A DNA stretch of 13,842 nucleotides from an uncultured Burkholderiales bacterium. Its GTDB lineage: Bacteria > Vulcanimicrobiota > Xenobia > Xenobiales > Xenobiaceae. Below the pieces are notes generated by a model that was given only the letters and a program-made list of their open reading frames with translations, was not told the DNA's origin and did not search any database. Positions 6,692-13,842 of this stretch are shown here, piece after piece. Positions within the stretch are counted from its first letter, which is position 1. Each line of letters opens with the position of its first letter. The stretch spans positions 1 to 13,842 of the forward strand of contig CAZQPM010000075.1 of assembly GCA_964595195.1 (NCBI GenBank), in the 5' to 3' direction. The position numbers and the translations under genes were made by a program.

Positions 6692-7447
6692 CTACGACCT
6701 CCGCACACGGGCAGCCCGGACGGCCCGGGCCCTCCGGTTCTGTGAGCCCTCGAGGCGCTCATCTGCCAGCCAGGGTCGCCCCAGGTTCGCCAGAGCCGGC
6801 CGGACGGCCACCTTACCGGCAACCTCGCGGCTCAGGGGAAAGGACTTGTCGTCCACCGACACCAGCAGGGGGCCATCGAAGGGCGCCACCTGCTCGACGG
6901 TGACCCGCTGACCGGGCCACAGGCCGACCTCGACCAGATAGTCGACCAACTCCACCGAGCCCTCCTTGACCCGCTCGATCACCACCTGCTGCCCCGCCAG
7001 GACCGAGGCCAGGGGCCAGGCGTCCTGCAGGTCGATGTGGCCCGCGCGGTCGGGGATGGGCTGCCCGTGCGGACAGGTCTTGGGGTGCCCCAGGAAGTCG
7101 TCCAGAGCGTCGGCCACCTCATCGGAGAGGATGTGCTCCAGCTTGCAGGCCTGGTCATAGGCGTGGGCCCAGGGAATCCCCAGTCGGTCCACCAGCAACC
7201 TCTCGGCCAGGCGATGCTTGCGGATCACGTTCAGGACGATCCGCTCGCCTTCGCGAGTCAACTGCAGAGCCCGGGAATTCTTGACGATCAGTCCCTTCTC
7301 GTGCAGTTTGCGGACCATCTCGGTGACCGAAACGGCGCTGACCCCCAGGCGTTCAGCCAGGCGGACGTTGGCCGGCACGACCTCACCCTCCTCGGAGAGA
7401 CGATAGATCGTGAGAAGATACATCTGGACGGATTCGGAAACGGACAC
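6692..7447 (-). CDS. DtxR/IdeR/MntR-family metal-dependent transcriptional repressor with a C-terminal SH3-like (FeoA-like) domain.
   Basis: The N-terminal HTH and metal-binding core is (VSVSESVQ)[47 protein letters not shown]...[57 protein letters not shown], which parallels M. tuberculosis IdeR (TEMYLRTIY..., [18 protein letters not shown]...EACRWEHVMSEDVE). The start is either GTG 7447 (GAGGG 5-6 nt upstream) or ATG 7423. The upstream 130 aa of ORF 6692..7819 are an artefact. The stop is TAG at 6692-6694, and there is an Arg-rich C-terminal tail. Confidence 0.85.
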   Translation of the reverse strand: MSVSESVQMYLLTIYRLSEEGEVVPANVRLAERLGVSAVSVTEMVRKLHEKGLIVKNSRALQLTREGERIVLNVIRKHRLAERLLVDRLGIPWAHAYDQACKLEHILSDEVADALDDFLGHPKTCPHGQPIPDRAGHIDLQDAWPLASVLAGQQVVIERVKEGSVELVDYLVEVGLWPGQRVTVEQVAPFDGPLLVSVDDKSFPLSREVAGKVAVRPALANLGRPWLADERLEGSQNRRARAVRAARVRRS

Positions 7448-7663
7448 TTCAACCCTCAGGGCCGGGATTTCGCGTTGGTTCCCAAGTCTTCCTGGCCCTC
7501 CCGCGGGCGGAGATTTCCCGGTTGCCGCCGACCCCTCCGGGTGGAGGACTCTTCTTCCCCATGACAGAAACAAGGTGCCCAAGACGCCGGGCCAGCGGGT
7601 CTGCCCCCCAGGGAATCGGTGGGGTCCACCTCGCCCGGCGACGCAACGCGATCGGGAGACCCC
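7448..7663. promoter_or_regulatory. Divergent intergenic region between the DtxR-family regulator (-) and the metallophosphoesterase (+). It contains a repeated GGGATTTCGCG / GGAGATTTCCCGG element.
   Basis: This is a 216-nt non-coding gap. The GATTTC-containing elements sit at about 7464-7474 and 7505-7517. A short palindrome TTGG-ttc-CCAA lies at about 7476-7486. The phosphoesterase ribosome-binding site GGGAG is at 7654-7658. Confidence 0.35.
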
Positions 7664-8752
7664 ATGGACCCCCAGAGCCCCTCCAACAGCCCGTTCGGAC
7701 CGACGGAGAATCCAGCCAGCCCGGAGCCCGGCGAACAGGCCCCACTTCGGCGCAAGCTGCTGGCCATCGGCGATCTCCACGGCGACTACCACCGTCTGCT
7801 GCGCCATCTGCGCGAGCACCAGTTGCTGTTCGAGGATACCCTGGCCTGGAACCCCGAGCAGGACAACGTCGACCTGGTGCTGATCGGCGACTACGTCGAC
7901 TGGCGCGGCGAACCCCTGGAGGAGCCCACCGACCAGTCACCGGAACTGCCCGAAGCCGGGCCCCGGCGAATCCTGGAACTGCTGATGCACCTGGACGAAG
8001 AACTGGAGAAGCTGCGAGGCGCCATCCCGGGCTTCGCCAGCCAGCTCTACGCGCTCCTGGGCAACCACGACGAGATGATGCTGGATGCCGTCGGGGTCTT
8101 CGACTTCCTGCACGTCGAACAGCTCGAGGAGGTCCTGGGCCGGGCCCGCAACTTCGCCGCGGTGAAGCGTCACATGGCCGAAAGGGGCCTGAACGCCGAC
8201 CAACTCGAACGCGTCATGCGCTTCATGAACTGGTACGTCCAGGGAGGCGAGCAGACGGCCAAGGGATTCGGCGGTCTGGTGGCCTGGAAGGAGGCCATGG
8301 ATCGCGACCTGGGCCGCTTCCTGCGGACCCGCCTGCGGCTGGGAGTGGTGGTCGACCACCGCCTCTTCGCCCACACGATCCCGGACCAGCGCAAGTTCTG
8401 GAGACCGCTGGAGGAGATCGTCGCACTCCCCGACAACGAGTTCCGCTCGGCTCGCGAGTCCTTCCTGTGGAGCCGGAAGATCTGGGGCTTCGACTACTAT
8501 ACAGGGATGCGCACGAATCCCTTCTCGGACAAGGAGCTCGACGAGATGCTGGGACGCCTGGGCGTTCGCGGCCTGGTGGTCGGGCACACGCCTCTCACCC
8601 GTGGCCAGGAGTACGTGGTGGCCTACGGAGGCAAGGTGATCAACCTGGACGTGCACGGCACGCCGGGGGCCGCGGCCCTGGTCGAGGAGTACGTGCCCTC
8701 CGAGAACAGCTCCCGGGCCCCCCTGCGGATCCAGGTCCAGGGTTCGAAGTGA
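7664..8752 (+). CDS. Calcineurin-like metallophosphoesterase (PPP/ApaH-like Ser/Thr phosphatase or bis-nucleoside tetraphosphatase-like), 362 aa, with a Ser/Pro-rich N-terminal tail.
   Basis: The ATG at 7664 has a GGGAG 5 nt upstream. The alternative GTG at 7619 lacks a ribosome-binding site. The motifs are GDLHGDY (GDxHG), GDYVDWRG (GDxVDRG-like), GNHDE (GNH[DE]), VVGHTP (GH) and DVHGT. The stop TGA at 8750-8752 overlaps the next start. Confidence 0.85.
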   Translation: MDPQSPSNSPFGPTENPASPEPGEQAPLRRKLLAIGDLHGDYHRLLRHLREHQLLFEDTLAWNPEQDNVDLVLIGDYVDWRGEPLEEPTDQSPELPEAGPRRILELLMHLDEELEKLRGAIPGFASQLYALLGNHDEMMLDAVGVFDFLHVEQLEEVLGRARNFAAVKRHMAERGLNADQLERVMRFMNWYVQGGEQTAKGFGGLVAWKEAMDRDLGRFLRTRLRLGVVVDHRLFAHTIPDQRKFWRPLEEIVALPDNEFRSARESFLWSRKIWGFDYYTGMRTNPFSDKELDEMLGRLGVRGLVVGHTPLTRGQEYVVAYGGKVINLDVHGTPGAAALVEEYVPSENSSRAPLRIQVQGSK

Positions 8753-9681
8753 AGGAGATCCAGGAACTCAGCCAGCGGGTGCTGGCCAACGTCGAGAAGG
8801 TCATCCTGGGCAAGCACGAGGAGATCCGCTTGGTCCTGGTCGCCCTGCTGTGCGAGGGCCACGTGCTGCTGGAGGATGTCCCGGGAGTCGGCAAGACCAT
8901 GCTGAGCCGCGCCGTGGCCCGTTCGCTGGGCTGCTCCTTCGCCCGGCTCCAGTGCACCCCGGATCTCCTGCCGTCAGACCTCCTGGGTGTGACCATCTAC
9001 AACCAGAAGTCGATGGACTTCGAGTTCCGCCCCGGGCCGGTCTTCCACCAGGTGCTGCTGGCCGACGAGATCAACCGGGCCACGCCCAAGACCCAGTCGG
9101 CCCTCCTGGAAAGCATGGACGAGCGTCAGGTGACCACCGAAGGGGTGGCCCGCCCCCTGCCCCGCCCCTTCCTGGTGATGGCCACCCAGAATCCCATCGA
9201 GTACGAGGGCACCTTCCCCCTGCCCGAGGCCCAGTTGGACCGCTTCCTGCTGAGGATCCGCCTGGGCTATCCCTCGTTCGAGGCCGAGACCGAGATGCTG
9301 GTCTCCCAGCAGCACCACCATCCGATCGAGGACCTGGACCAGGTCGTCGCCGGCCCCGAACTGCAGCGCATGCAGGCCATGGTCCACGAGGTGGAGGTGG
9401 AGGAATCCCTGCGCCACTACATCGTGCGCCTGGTCCAGGCGACCCGGGAGGCCGACCGGCTCTTCCTGGGCGCCAGCCCCCGGGGCAGCCAGGCCCTGTT
9501 CCGGGCGGCCCAGGCCCTGGCCGCCATGGAGGGTCGCCGCTACGTGCTGCCCGACGACATCAAGGCCCTGGCGATCCCGGCGCTTTCCCACCGGATGATC
9601 TCCCGGACGGATGGGGTCGGCGGCCGGGCCGCCGTCGAGGTCCTGCAGGGCCTGCTGGACCGACTGCCGGTCCCGGTCTAG
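8749..9681 (+). CDS. moxR: MoxR-family AAA+ ATPase (AAA_3 / COG0714), 310 aa.
   Basis: The GTG start at 8749 overlaps the upstream stop (GTGA). The N-terminus [61 protein letters not shown] is the typical MoxR start. Walker A is PGVGKT, Walker B is [10 protein letters not shown] and sensor 1 is ATQNP. The length is typical for MoxR. The upstream part of ORF 7522..9681 is in another frame over the phosphoesterase and is an artefact. Confidence 0.9.
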   Translation: MKEIQELSQRVLANVEKVILGKHEEIRLVLVALLCEGHVLLEDVPGVGKTMLSRAVARSLGCSFARLQCTPDLLPSDLLGVTIYNQKSMDFEFRPGPVFHQVLLADEINRATPKTQSALLESMDERQVTTEGVARPLPRPFLVMATQNPIEYEGTFPLPEAQLDRFLLRIRLGYPSFEAETEMLVSQQHHHPIEDLDQVVAGPELQRMQAMVHEVEVEESLRHYIVRLVQATREADRLFLGASPRGSQALFRAAQALAAMEGRRYVLPDDIKALAIPALSHRMISRTDGVGGRAAVEVLQGLLDRLPVPV

Positions 9682-9748
9682 GGATCTTCCCAGGCCCGAT
9701 GTCCATGAATTGAGGCGCAAAGGCTGTAGGATCGACGATGGTCGGCAC

Positions 9749-10492
9749 CTAGGTCGCGACCAGGGCCCGCAACCCCTCCAGGACGTGGCCTGCCTGCAGC
9801 ACTGGGATGCCCTTTTCGCGAGCCAGGGCGCGCGCGGCCGGGGTGTTGTAGCCCCAGCCGGCCAGGGCCACCCGGACCCCGGTCTCGAAGACCGGCTCCA
9901 GGTTCGCCAGCAGGTCATCGACGAAGACGATCCGCTCCGGGTCGACCCCTCGCGTGGCCGCCAGGAAGCCCATCTGGTCCCGCTTGTCCAGGCTGAACTC
10001 CTTGGCCAGGATCGAAGCCTTCAGGTCCGCCGTTTCCAGCAACTCACGGATCGAGCCCTCATCCTTGGTGGTGCAGATGACCACCTCGCGGAAGGCCCGG
10101 CGCAACAAGGGCCACTCCTGGAGCATCGCGGGATAGGGAGCCTGGGCGGCCAGCCAGGCCTCCCTCTCCTCCCTCCGGGCCCGCTGGCGCTGGGCGTAGA
10201 ACTCCTCTTCGAAGCTCTTCAGGAACGAGCCCCCTCCCGAGCTGGAGGCCAGCAACTGTTCGCGACTGAGGGCCTCCAGGTCCCGGTCCGGGTCCTCCTG
10301 GAGCAGGCGCAGCACCAGGCCGAACTCGCCGCCGGTGCGGACCAGCCAACGGCCGCGCCGGAAGGCAGCCTCGCTGACCGCAGGCCAGGGCAGCCCCAGG
10401 GCCTCCCAAGCCCGGCGGGCCGTGATGAAACATTCGCCGACGCTATCCCACAGGACCCCATCGAAGTCCAGGGCCAGCAGGTGCTCCTTCAT
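9749..10492 (-). CDS. HAD-superfamily hydrolase (haloacid dehalogenase-like phosphatase), 247 aa.
   Basis: The ATG at 10492 overlaps the gltX stop (ATGA). Motif I is LALDFDGVLWDS (DxDG), motif II is ICTTKD, and the motif III region is VFVDD. The stop is TAG at 9749-9751. Confidence 0.8.
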   Translation of the reverse strand: MKEHLLALDFDGVLWDSVGECFITARRAWEALGLPWPAVSEAAFRRGRWLVRTGGEFGLVLRLLQEDPDRDLEALSREQLLASSSGGGSFLKSFEEEFYAQRQRARREEREAWLAAQAPYPAMLQEWPLLRRAFREVVICTTKDEGSIRELLETADLKASILAKEFSLDKRDQMGFLAATRGVDPERIVFVDDLLANLEPVFETGVRVALAGWGYNTPAARALAREKGIPVLQAGHVLEGLRALVAT

Positions 10493-11931
10493 GGACGGGG
10501 CAGCCGGTCCAGGGCTGCGCGCAGCCGGCGCAGGCAGACCTCGCGCCCCAGGACCTCCATCATCTCGAAGAGGCCCGGACCGTTGCCCACGCCCGACAGG
10601 GCCAACCGGGTCGGGTGGATCAACTGTCCGGCCCCCAACCCCCGGCTCTCGGTCAGCCCGCGCAGGGCCTGGTCCAAGGAATCATGGTTGAACTCCGGCA
10701 GGTCCTGCAGCACGGCGATCCAGGCCTCCACCAGGTCCGGGGAGTTGGCCTTCCAGCGCTTCTTGACCGTGCCCTCCTCGTAGTCGGTGGGGTCCTCGTA
10801 GAAGTAGGAAACGGGCTCGACGTAGTCCGTCAGGAGGTTCGCGCGCTCACCCAGGACCTCGACGACGCGGGCCAGGTACTCCGGTTGGGGCCGGGGTCTG
10901 CCAGCCCGATCGAAGAAGGGCAGCACCAACTCGACCAGGCGTTCGGTGGTCTGGGCGCGCATGTGCAGCCCGTTGATGTGCAGCAACTTGTCGAAGTCGA
11001 AGACCGCACCCGACTTGCGGACCCGATCCAGGCCGAAGACGCCGGTCAGTTCCTGGGGCGTGAAGAACTCGCGCTCGTCGCCGGGACTCCAGCCCAGGAG
11101 GGCCAGGAAGTTCAGCAGCCCCTCGGGCAGGTAGCCCTTCTCGCGATAGGCCTCGACCGAGACGTCCCCGTCGCGCTTCGACAGCTTCTTGCCGCTGGCA
11201 TTCAGGATCAGGGGCACGTGGGCGAAGACCGGCGGCTCCCAGCCGAAGTACTCGTAGAGGAGGAGGTGCTTGGGGGTGGAGGACAACCACTCCTCACCCC
11301 GGATCACGTGGGTGATCTCCATCAGGTGGTCGTCCACCACGGCGGCCAGGTGGTAGGTGGGGAAGCCGTCCGACTTCATCAGGACCTGGTCGTCCACCAG
11401 CGAGGACTCGAAACTGACGGGCCCGCGGATCTGGTCCTCCACGGTCAGCGTGCGGCCTTCGGGGATCCGCATGCGGATCACGTGGGCCTCGCCGACGGCC
11501 AGGCGGCGGTCCCGCTCGGCGGGGTCCAGGGACCGACAGTGACCGTCATACATGGCCGAGTCGCCACGAGCCATCTGCTCCTCGCGCATCGCGGTGAGGC
11601 GCTCGGGGGTGCAGAAACAGGGATAGGCATGGCCGGCCTCGACCAGCTTCGCGGCCATCTCGCGGTAGATCTCCAGGCGTTCGCTCTGCACGTAGGGTCC
11701 CAGCGGACCGCCGACCATCGCGCCCTCGTCGGGGGTCACCCCCGCCCACTCCAGGGATTCCAGCAGGGCTTCGACGGCCCCCTCGACCAGACGCGTACGG
11801 TCCGTATCCTCGATGCGCAGCAGGAAGCTCCCGCCTTCCCTGCGGGCCAGCAGCCAGTTGTAGAAGGCGGTTCTCAACCCCCCGACGTGCAGATAACCGG
11901 TAGGGCTGGGAGCGAAGCGGACGCGGACCAT
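10489..11931 (-). CDS. gltX: Glutamyl-tRNA synthetase (class I aaRS), 480 aa.
   Basis: The ATG at 11931 has a GGAGA 7 nt upstream. The N-terminus is MVRVRFAPSPTGYLHVGGLRTAFYNWLLAR, with the HIGH motif as HVGG. The KMSKS motif is KLSKR. A CxC-x24-C zinc-binding-like motif (CFCTPERL...GHC) matches the E. coli GluRS pattern. The N-terminal 218 aa of ORF 10489..12585 are an antisense artefact over dus. Confidence 0.92.
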   Translation of the reverse strand: MVRVRFAPSPTGYLHVGGLRTAFYNWLLARREGGSFLLRIEDTDRTRLVEGAVEALLESLEWAGVTPDEGAMVGGPLGPYVQSERLEIYREMAAKLVEAGHAYPCFCTPERLTAMREEQMARGDSAMYDGHCRSLDPAERDRRLAVGEAHVIRMRIPEGRTLTVEDQIRGPVSFESSLVDDQVLMKSDGFPTYHLAAVVDDHLMEITHVIRGEEWLSSTPKHLLLYEYFGWEPPVFAHVPLILNASGKKLSKRDGDVSVEAYREKGYLPEGLLNFLALLGWSPGDEREFFTPQELTGVFGLDRVRKSGAVFDFDKLLHINGLHMRAQTTERLVELVLPFFDRAGRPRPQPEYLARVVEVLGERANLLTDYVEPVSYFYEDPTDYEEGTVKKRWKANSPDLVEAWIAVLQDLPEFNHDSLDQALRGLTESRGLGAGQLIHPTRLALSGVGNGPGLFEMMEVLGREVCLRRLRAALDRLPRP

Positions 11932-12079
11932 GGTATGTCTCCAGTCGGCGGGGTGTGCATTTCGAAGCCCGGGCATCACCGTGCACGGCGTCCTCGGGTC
12001 GGGGTGCTTCCCGTTCACCGTCGAGCCCGGGAACCCTGCGGGCAGGGACCCGGGTGAAGAACGAGAAGCCCGGCCGCCT
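11932..12079. promoter_or_regulatory. Divergent intergenic or promoter region between gltX (-) and dus (+).
   Basis: This is a 148-nt gap between the divergent starts. It contains GTGCA...GTGCAC elements (about 11955-11988). No T-box-like or obvious attenuator structure was recognised. Confidence 0.3.
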
Positions 12080-13201
12080 ATGTCGTCCCCCTGGCCCGAC
12101 CCGCTGATGCTGGCCCCCCTGACCAAGGGGGGGAACCTTCCCTTCCGCCGCCTTTGCGTCGACTTCGGCGCCGTGATCACCATGTCCGAGATGGCCTTCG
12201 CCGGCCCCCTGACCCGCGGGATCCGCAAGGAACTGGCCCTGCTGCGCAGGGGCCCGGAAGAGCCCTGCTTCGGCGTGCAACTGGCGGCTTCCAAGCCCGA
12301 GATGGCCGTGGAGGCCGCCCTGCTGGCCGTGGACCGGGGAGCCGCCTTCGTCGACCTGAACGCGGGCTGCCCGATCGCCGAGGCGGTCCACAAGGGGATG
12401 GGGGCCAGCCTTCTGGACCGGCCCCGCAACCTCGAGCGCCTGCTGGCGGCCCTGGTCCGGGCCGTCCCCGTGCCCGTCACCGTGAAACTGCGCACCGGCT
12501 TCAAGGAGTCACGGATCAACGTGCTGGAGACCTCGCGCCTGGCCGAGGAGGCCGGCGTGGCGGCCATCACGGTCCACGGTCGCACCCGCGAGCAGCGCTA
12601 CACGCGGGCGGCGGATTGGGACCTGATCGGCCAGGTGGTGCAGGCTCGCCGCGTCCCCGTGGCCGGGAACGGCGACGTGCTGACCTGGTATGAGGCCGCC
12701 CGTCGCCTGGAAATCAGCGGGGCTGCCGGCGTGATGCTGGGCCGGGGGGCCCTGATCAAGCCCTGGCTCTTCCAGGAGATCCGCGAGCGTCGGGAACTGT
12801 GCCTGACGCCCGCCCAACGGGTCTCGGTCTACCGCCGGCTGGCCGGCTACTTCCGAGAGCATTTCGGGGATGACGAACACGGCCGCCAGCGCTCGCTGGA
12901 CTTCCTGACCTGGCACTTCGCCTTCTTCCACCGCTATCGGCCGTTGCCACCTGAGCCGTGGGAATCGCGCTCGCGCGAGCACCCCCTGCTGCAGACGCGG
13001 ATGGACCCGATCCTGTCCGAGGACCCCCTGGAGAACGTCCTGGCCCACCCTGAGGAGGCGACCCATCGCCAGATCGCCGCCATCCTCCTGGACAGTGGCG
13101 ACGACGAGGAAGCCCGGGTATGCCTGGCCGCCCTGGCGCCGGGCCTGGAGGTCCCGCGGGCCCCGGAGCGGCCCGGCCCGGAGGCTGCGGTCCAAGGCTG
13201 A
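12080..13201 (+). CDS. dus: tRNA-dihydrouridine synthase (Dus family flavin oxidoreductase), 373 aa, with a C-terminal extension.
   Basis: The ATG is at 12080. The N-terminus MSSPWPDPLMLAPLTKGGNLPFRRLC matches Dus N-termini (LAPMAGVTDxPFRxLC). The catalytic-Cys loop is DLNAGCP. Further motifs are TVKLRTG and TVHGRTREQRY. The C-terminal 40-50 aa have no counterpart in typical Dus proteins. The stop is TGA at 13199-13201. Confidence 0.88.
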   Translation: MSSPWPDPLMLAPLTKGGNLPFRRLCVDFGAVITMSEMAFAGPLTRGIRKELALLRRGPEEPCFGVQLAASKPEMAVEAALLAVDRGAAFVDLNAGCPIAEAVHKGMGASLLDRPRNLERLLAALVRAVPVPVTVKLRTGFKESRINVLETSRLAEEAGVAAITVHGRTREQRYTRAADWDLIGQVVQARRVPVAGNGDVLTWYEAARRLEISGAAGVMLGRGALIKPWLFQEIRERRELCLTPAQRVSVYRRLAGYFREHFGDDEHGRQRSLDFLTWHFAFFHRYRPLPPEPWESRSREHPLLQTRMDPILSEDPLENVLAHPEEATHRQIAAILLDSGDDEEARVCLAALAPGLEVPRAPERPGPEAAVQG

Positions 13202-13287
13202 GCACCACCGGTATCCGGCGGCAGGGCGACGTCCCCAGAGCCCGGGGCTGGACGGCTTCGCGAGGCGCCGGGCCTGCGGGCATCCGT

Positions 13288-13842
13288 TCAGGTCGCGGCG
13301 TCCGCAGACTCCTGCACGAACACGAGAGCGCAGAGCGTCATCGCGATGGGAAGGTAGAGGGCGCCCCAGTAGTCGTTGGCCGCAGAACCCAGGACCAGGA
13401 AGGCCGCCAGGCACAGACCGGTCCCCACCAGGGAGACCTGGACCCAGGGGGGTCTGCGCCCCGCGGTGCAGGCGACGATCAGGCACCCGACCAGGACGGC
13501 CGCCATGCCGAGCCCGTGCCCCGCCAGGGCGGTCCCGCCGAACTCCAGGGTCCGCCAGATGAACACCGGGCCGCCCTGGCTTCGCGCCACCAGTCCGCCA
13601 CCCGCCTGCATGCCGTGAGAAGCCAGGGTCATGCCGACCCGGTGGGCGTGCAGGGCATACAGCCCCCCCCACAGTCCCAACCCCATCAGACCCACCGCCG
13701 CGGGCCATCGGCGCCGCTCGCGCAGGGCCAGCGCGAGGAAACCGACCATGAAGACCCCCGCCGGCTCGCGGACCAGCATGGCCACGAGCAGGAGGAGCGG
13801 GGCCAGGCACCAGGGCCCCCGGTCCAGGGGCCCCAGCGCGCC
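13288..13842 (-). CDS. Integral membrane protein of unknown family. It is partial: the ORF is open to the window end, so the N-terminus is not in the window.
   Basis: The - strand ORF is very hydrophobic (…LLLVAMLVREPAGVFMVGFLALAL…GLMGLGLWGGLYAL…AAVLVGCLIVACTAG…LCLAAFLVLGSAANDYWGALYLPIAMTLCALVFV) and has about 5 predicted transmembrane segments. The stop is TGA at 13288-13290. There is no stop between 13785 and 13842 in frame. It competes with an overlapping 433-aa Arg/Gly-rich ORF that looks like an artefact. Confidence 0.4.
   Translation of the reverse strand, partial: GALGPLDRGPWCLAPLLLLVAMLVREPAGVFMVGFLALALRERRRWPAAVGLMGLGLWGGLYALHAHRVGMTLASHGMQAGGGLVARSQGGPVFIWRTLEFGGTALAGHGLGMAAVLVGCLIVACTAGRRPPWVQVSLVGTGLCLAAFLVLGSAANDYWGALYLPIAMTLCALVFVQESADAAT

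Noticed and set aside
7522-9681. 719-aa ORF on the + strand
   Set aside because: Its first about 400 aa are an out-of-frame read over the intergenic region and the phosphoesterase gene and are P/R/G-rich. The real MoxR begins at GTG 8749.
10489-12585. N-terminal 218-aa extension of the gltX ORF
   Set aside because: The extension runs antisense through the dus gene and the divergent promoter region. The conserved GluRS N-terminus (MVRVRFAPSPTGYLHVGG) with a good ribosome-binding site begins at 11931.
1-13842. CRISPR arrays, rRNA genes, and IS elements or integrases
   Set aside because: No regularly spaced direct repeats, no rRNA-like conserved blocks, no transposase or integrase-like ORFs and no terminal inverted repeats were seen. 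The only decayed gene signal is the dehydratase/activase remnant.

Overview
This is a very GC-rich (about 70%) bacterial chromosomal window of 13.8 kb with about eleven supportable genes and no rRNA, tRNA, CRISPR array or obvious mobile element. In order the window holds:
- a pseudogene remnant on the + strand, in which the N-terminus of a 2-hydroxyacyl-CoA dehydratase subunit is fused out of frame to the C-terminal half of an HgdC/BcrAD-type activase (465-1162);
- a 700-aa flotillin on the - strand (1393-3495);
- a tightly spaced pair on the + strand, an AzgA-like NCS2 purine permease (3679-5016) followed by a clear endonuclease Q (EndoQ) homolog (5025-6242);
- a - strand pair, a DtxR/IdeR-family metalloregulator (6692-7447) followed by a His-rich 138-aa unknown protein (6268-6684);
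- a + strand pair that overlaps by 4 nt, a calcineurin-like metallophosphoesterase (7664-8752) followed by a MoxR AAA+ ATPase (8749-9681);
- glutamyl-tRNA synthetase (10489-11931, -) overlapping a HAD hydrolase (9749-10492, -) by 4 nt;
- a tRNA-dihydrouridine synthase (12080-13201, +);
- a partial membrane-protein ORF running off the 3' end (13288-13842, -).
The most notable items are the bacterial EndoQ with a possible beta-clamp-binding tail (QLGLF), its coupling to a purine permease, the deletion-fusion pseudogene, and the phosphoesterase-MoxR pair with no VWA partner. Many very long ORFs in the six-frame track are out-of-frame or antisense artefacts of the high GC content.
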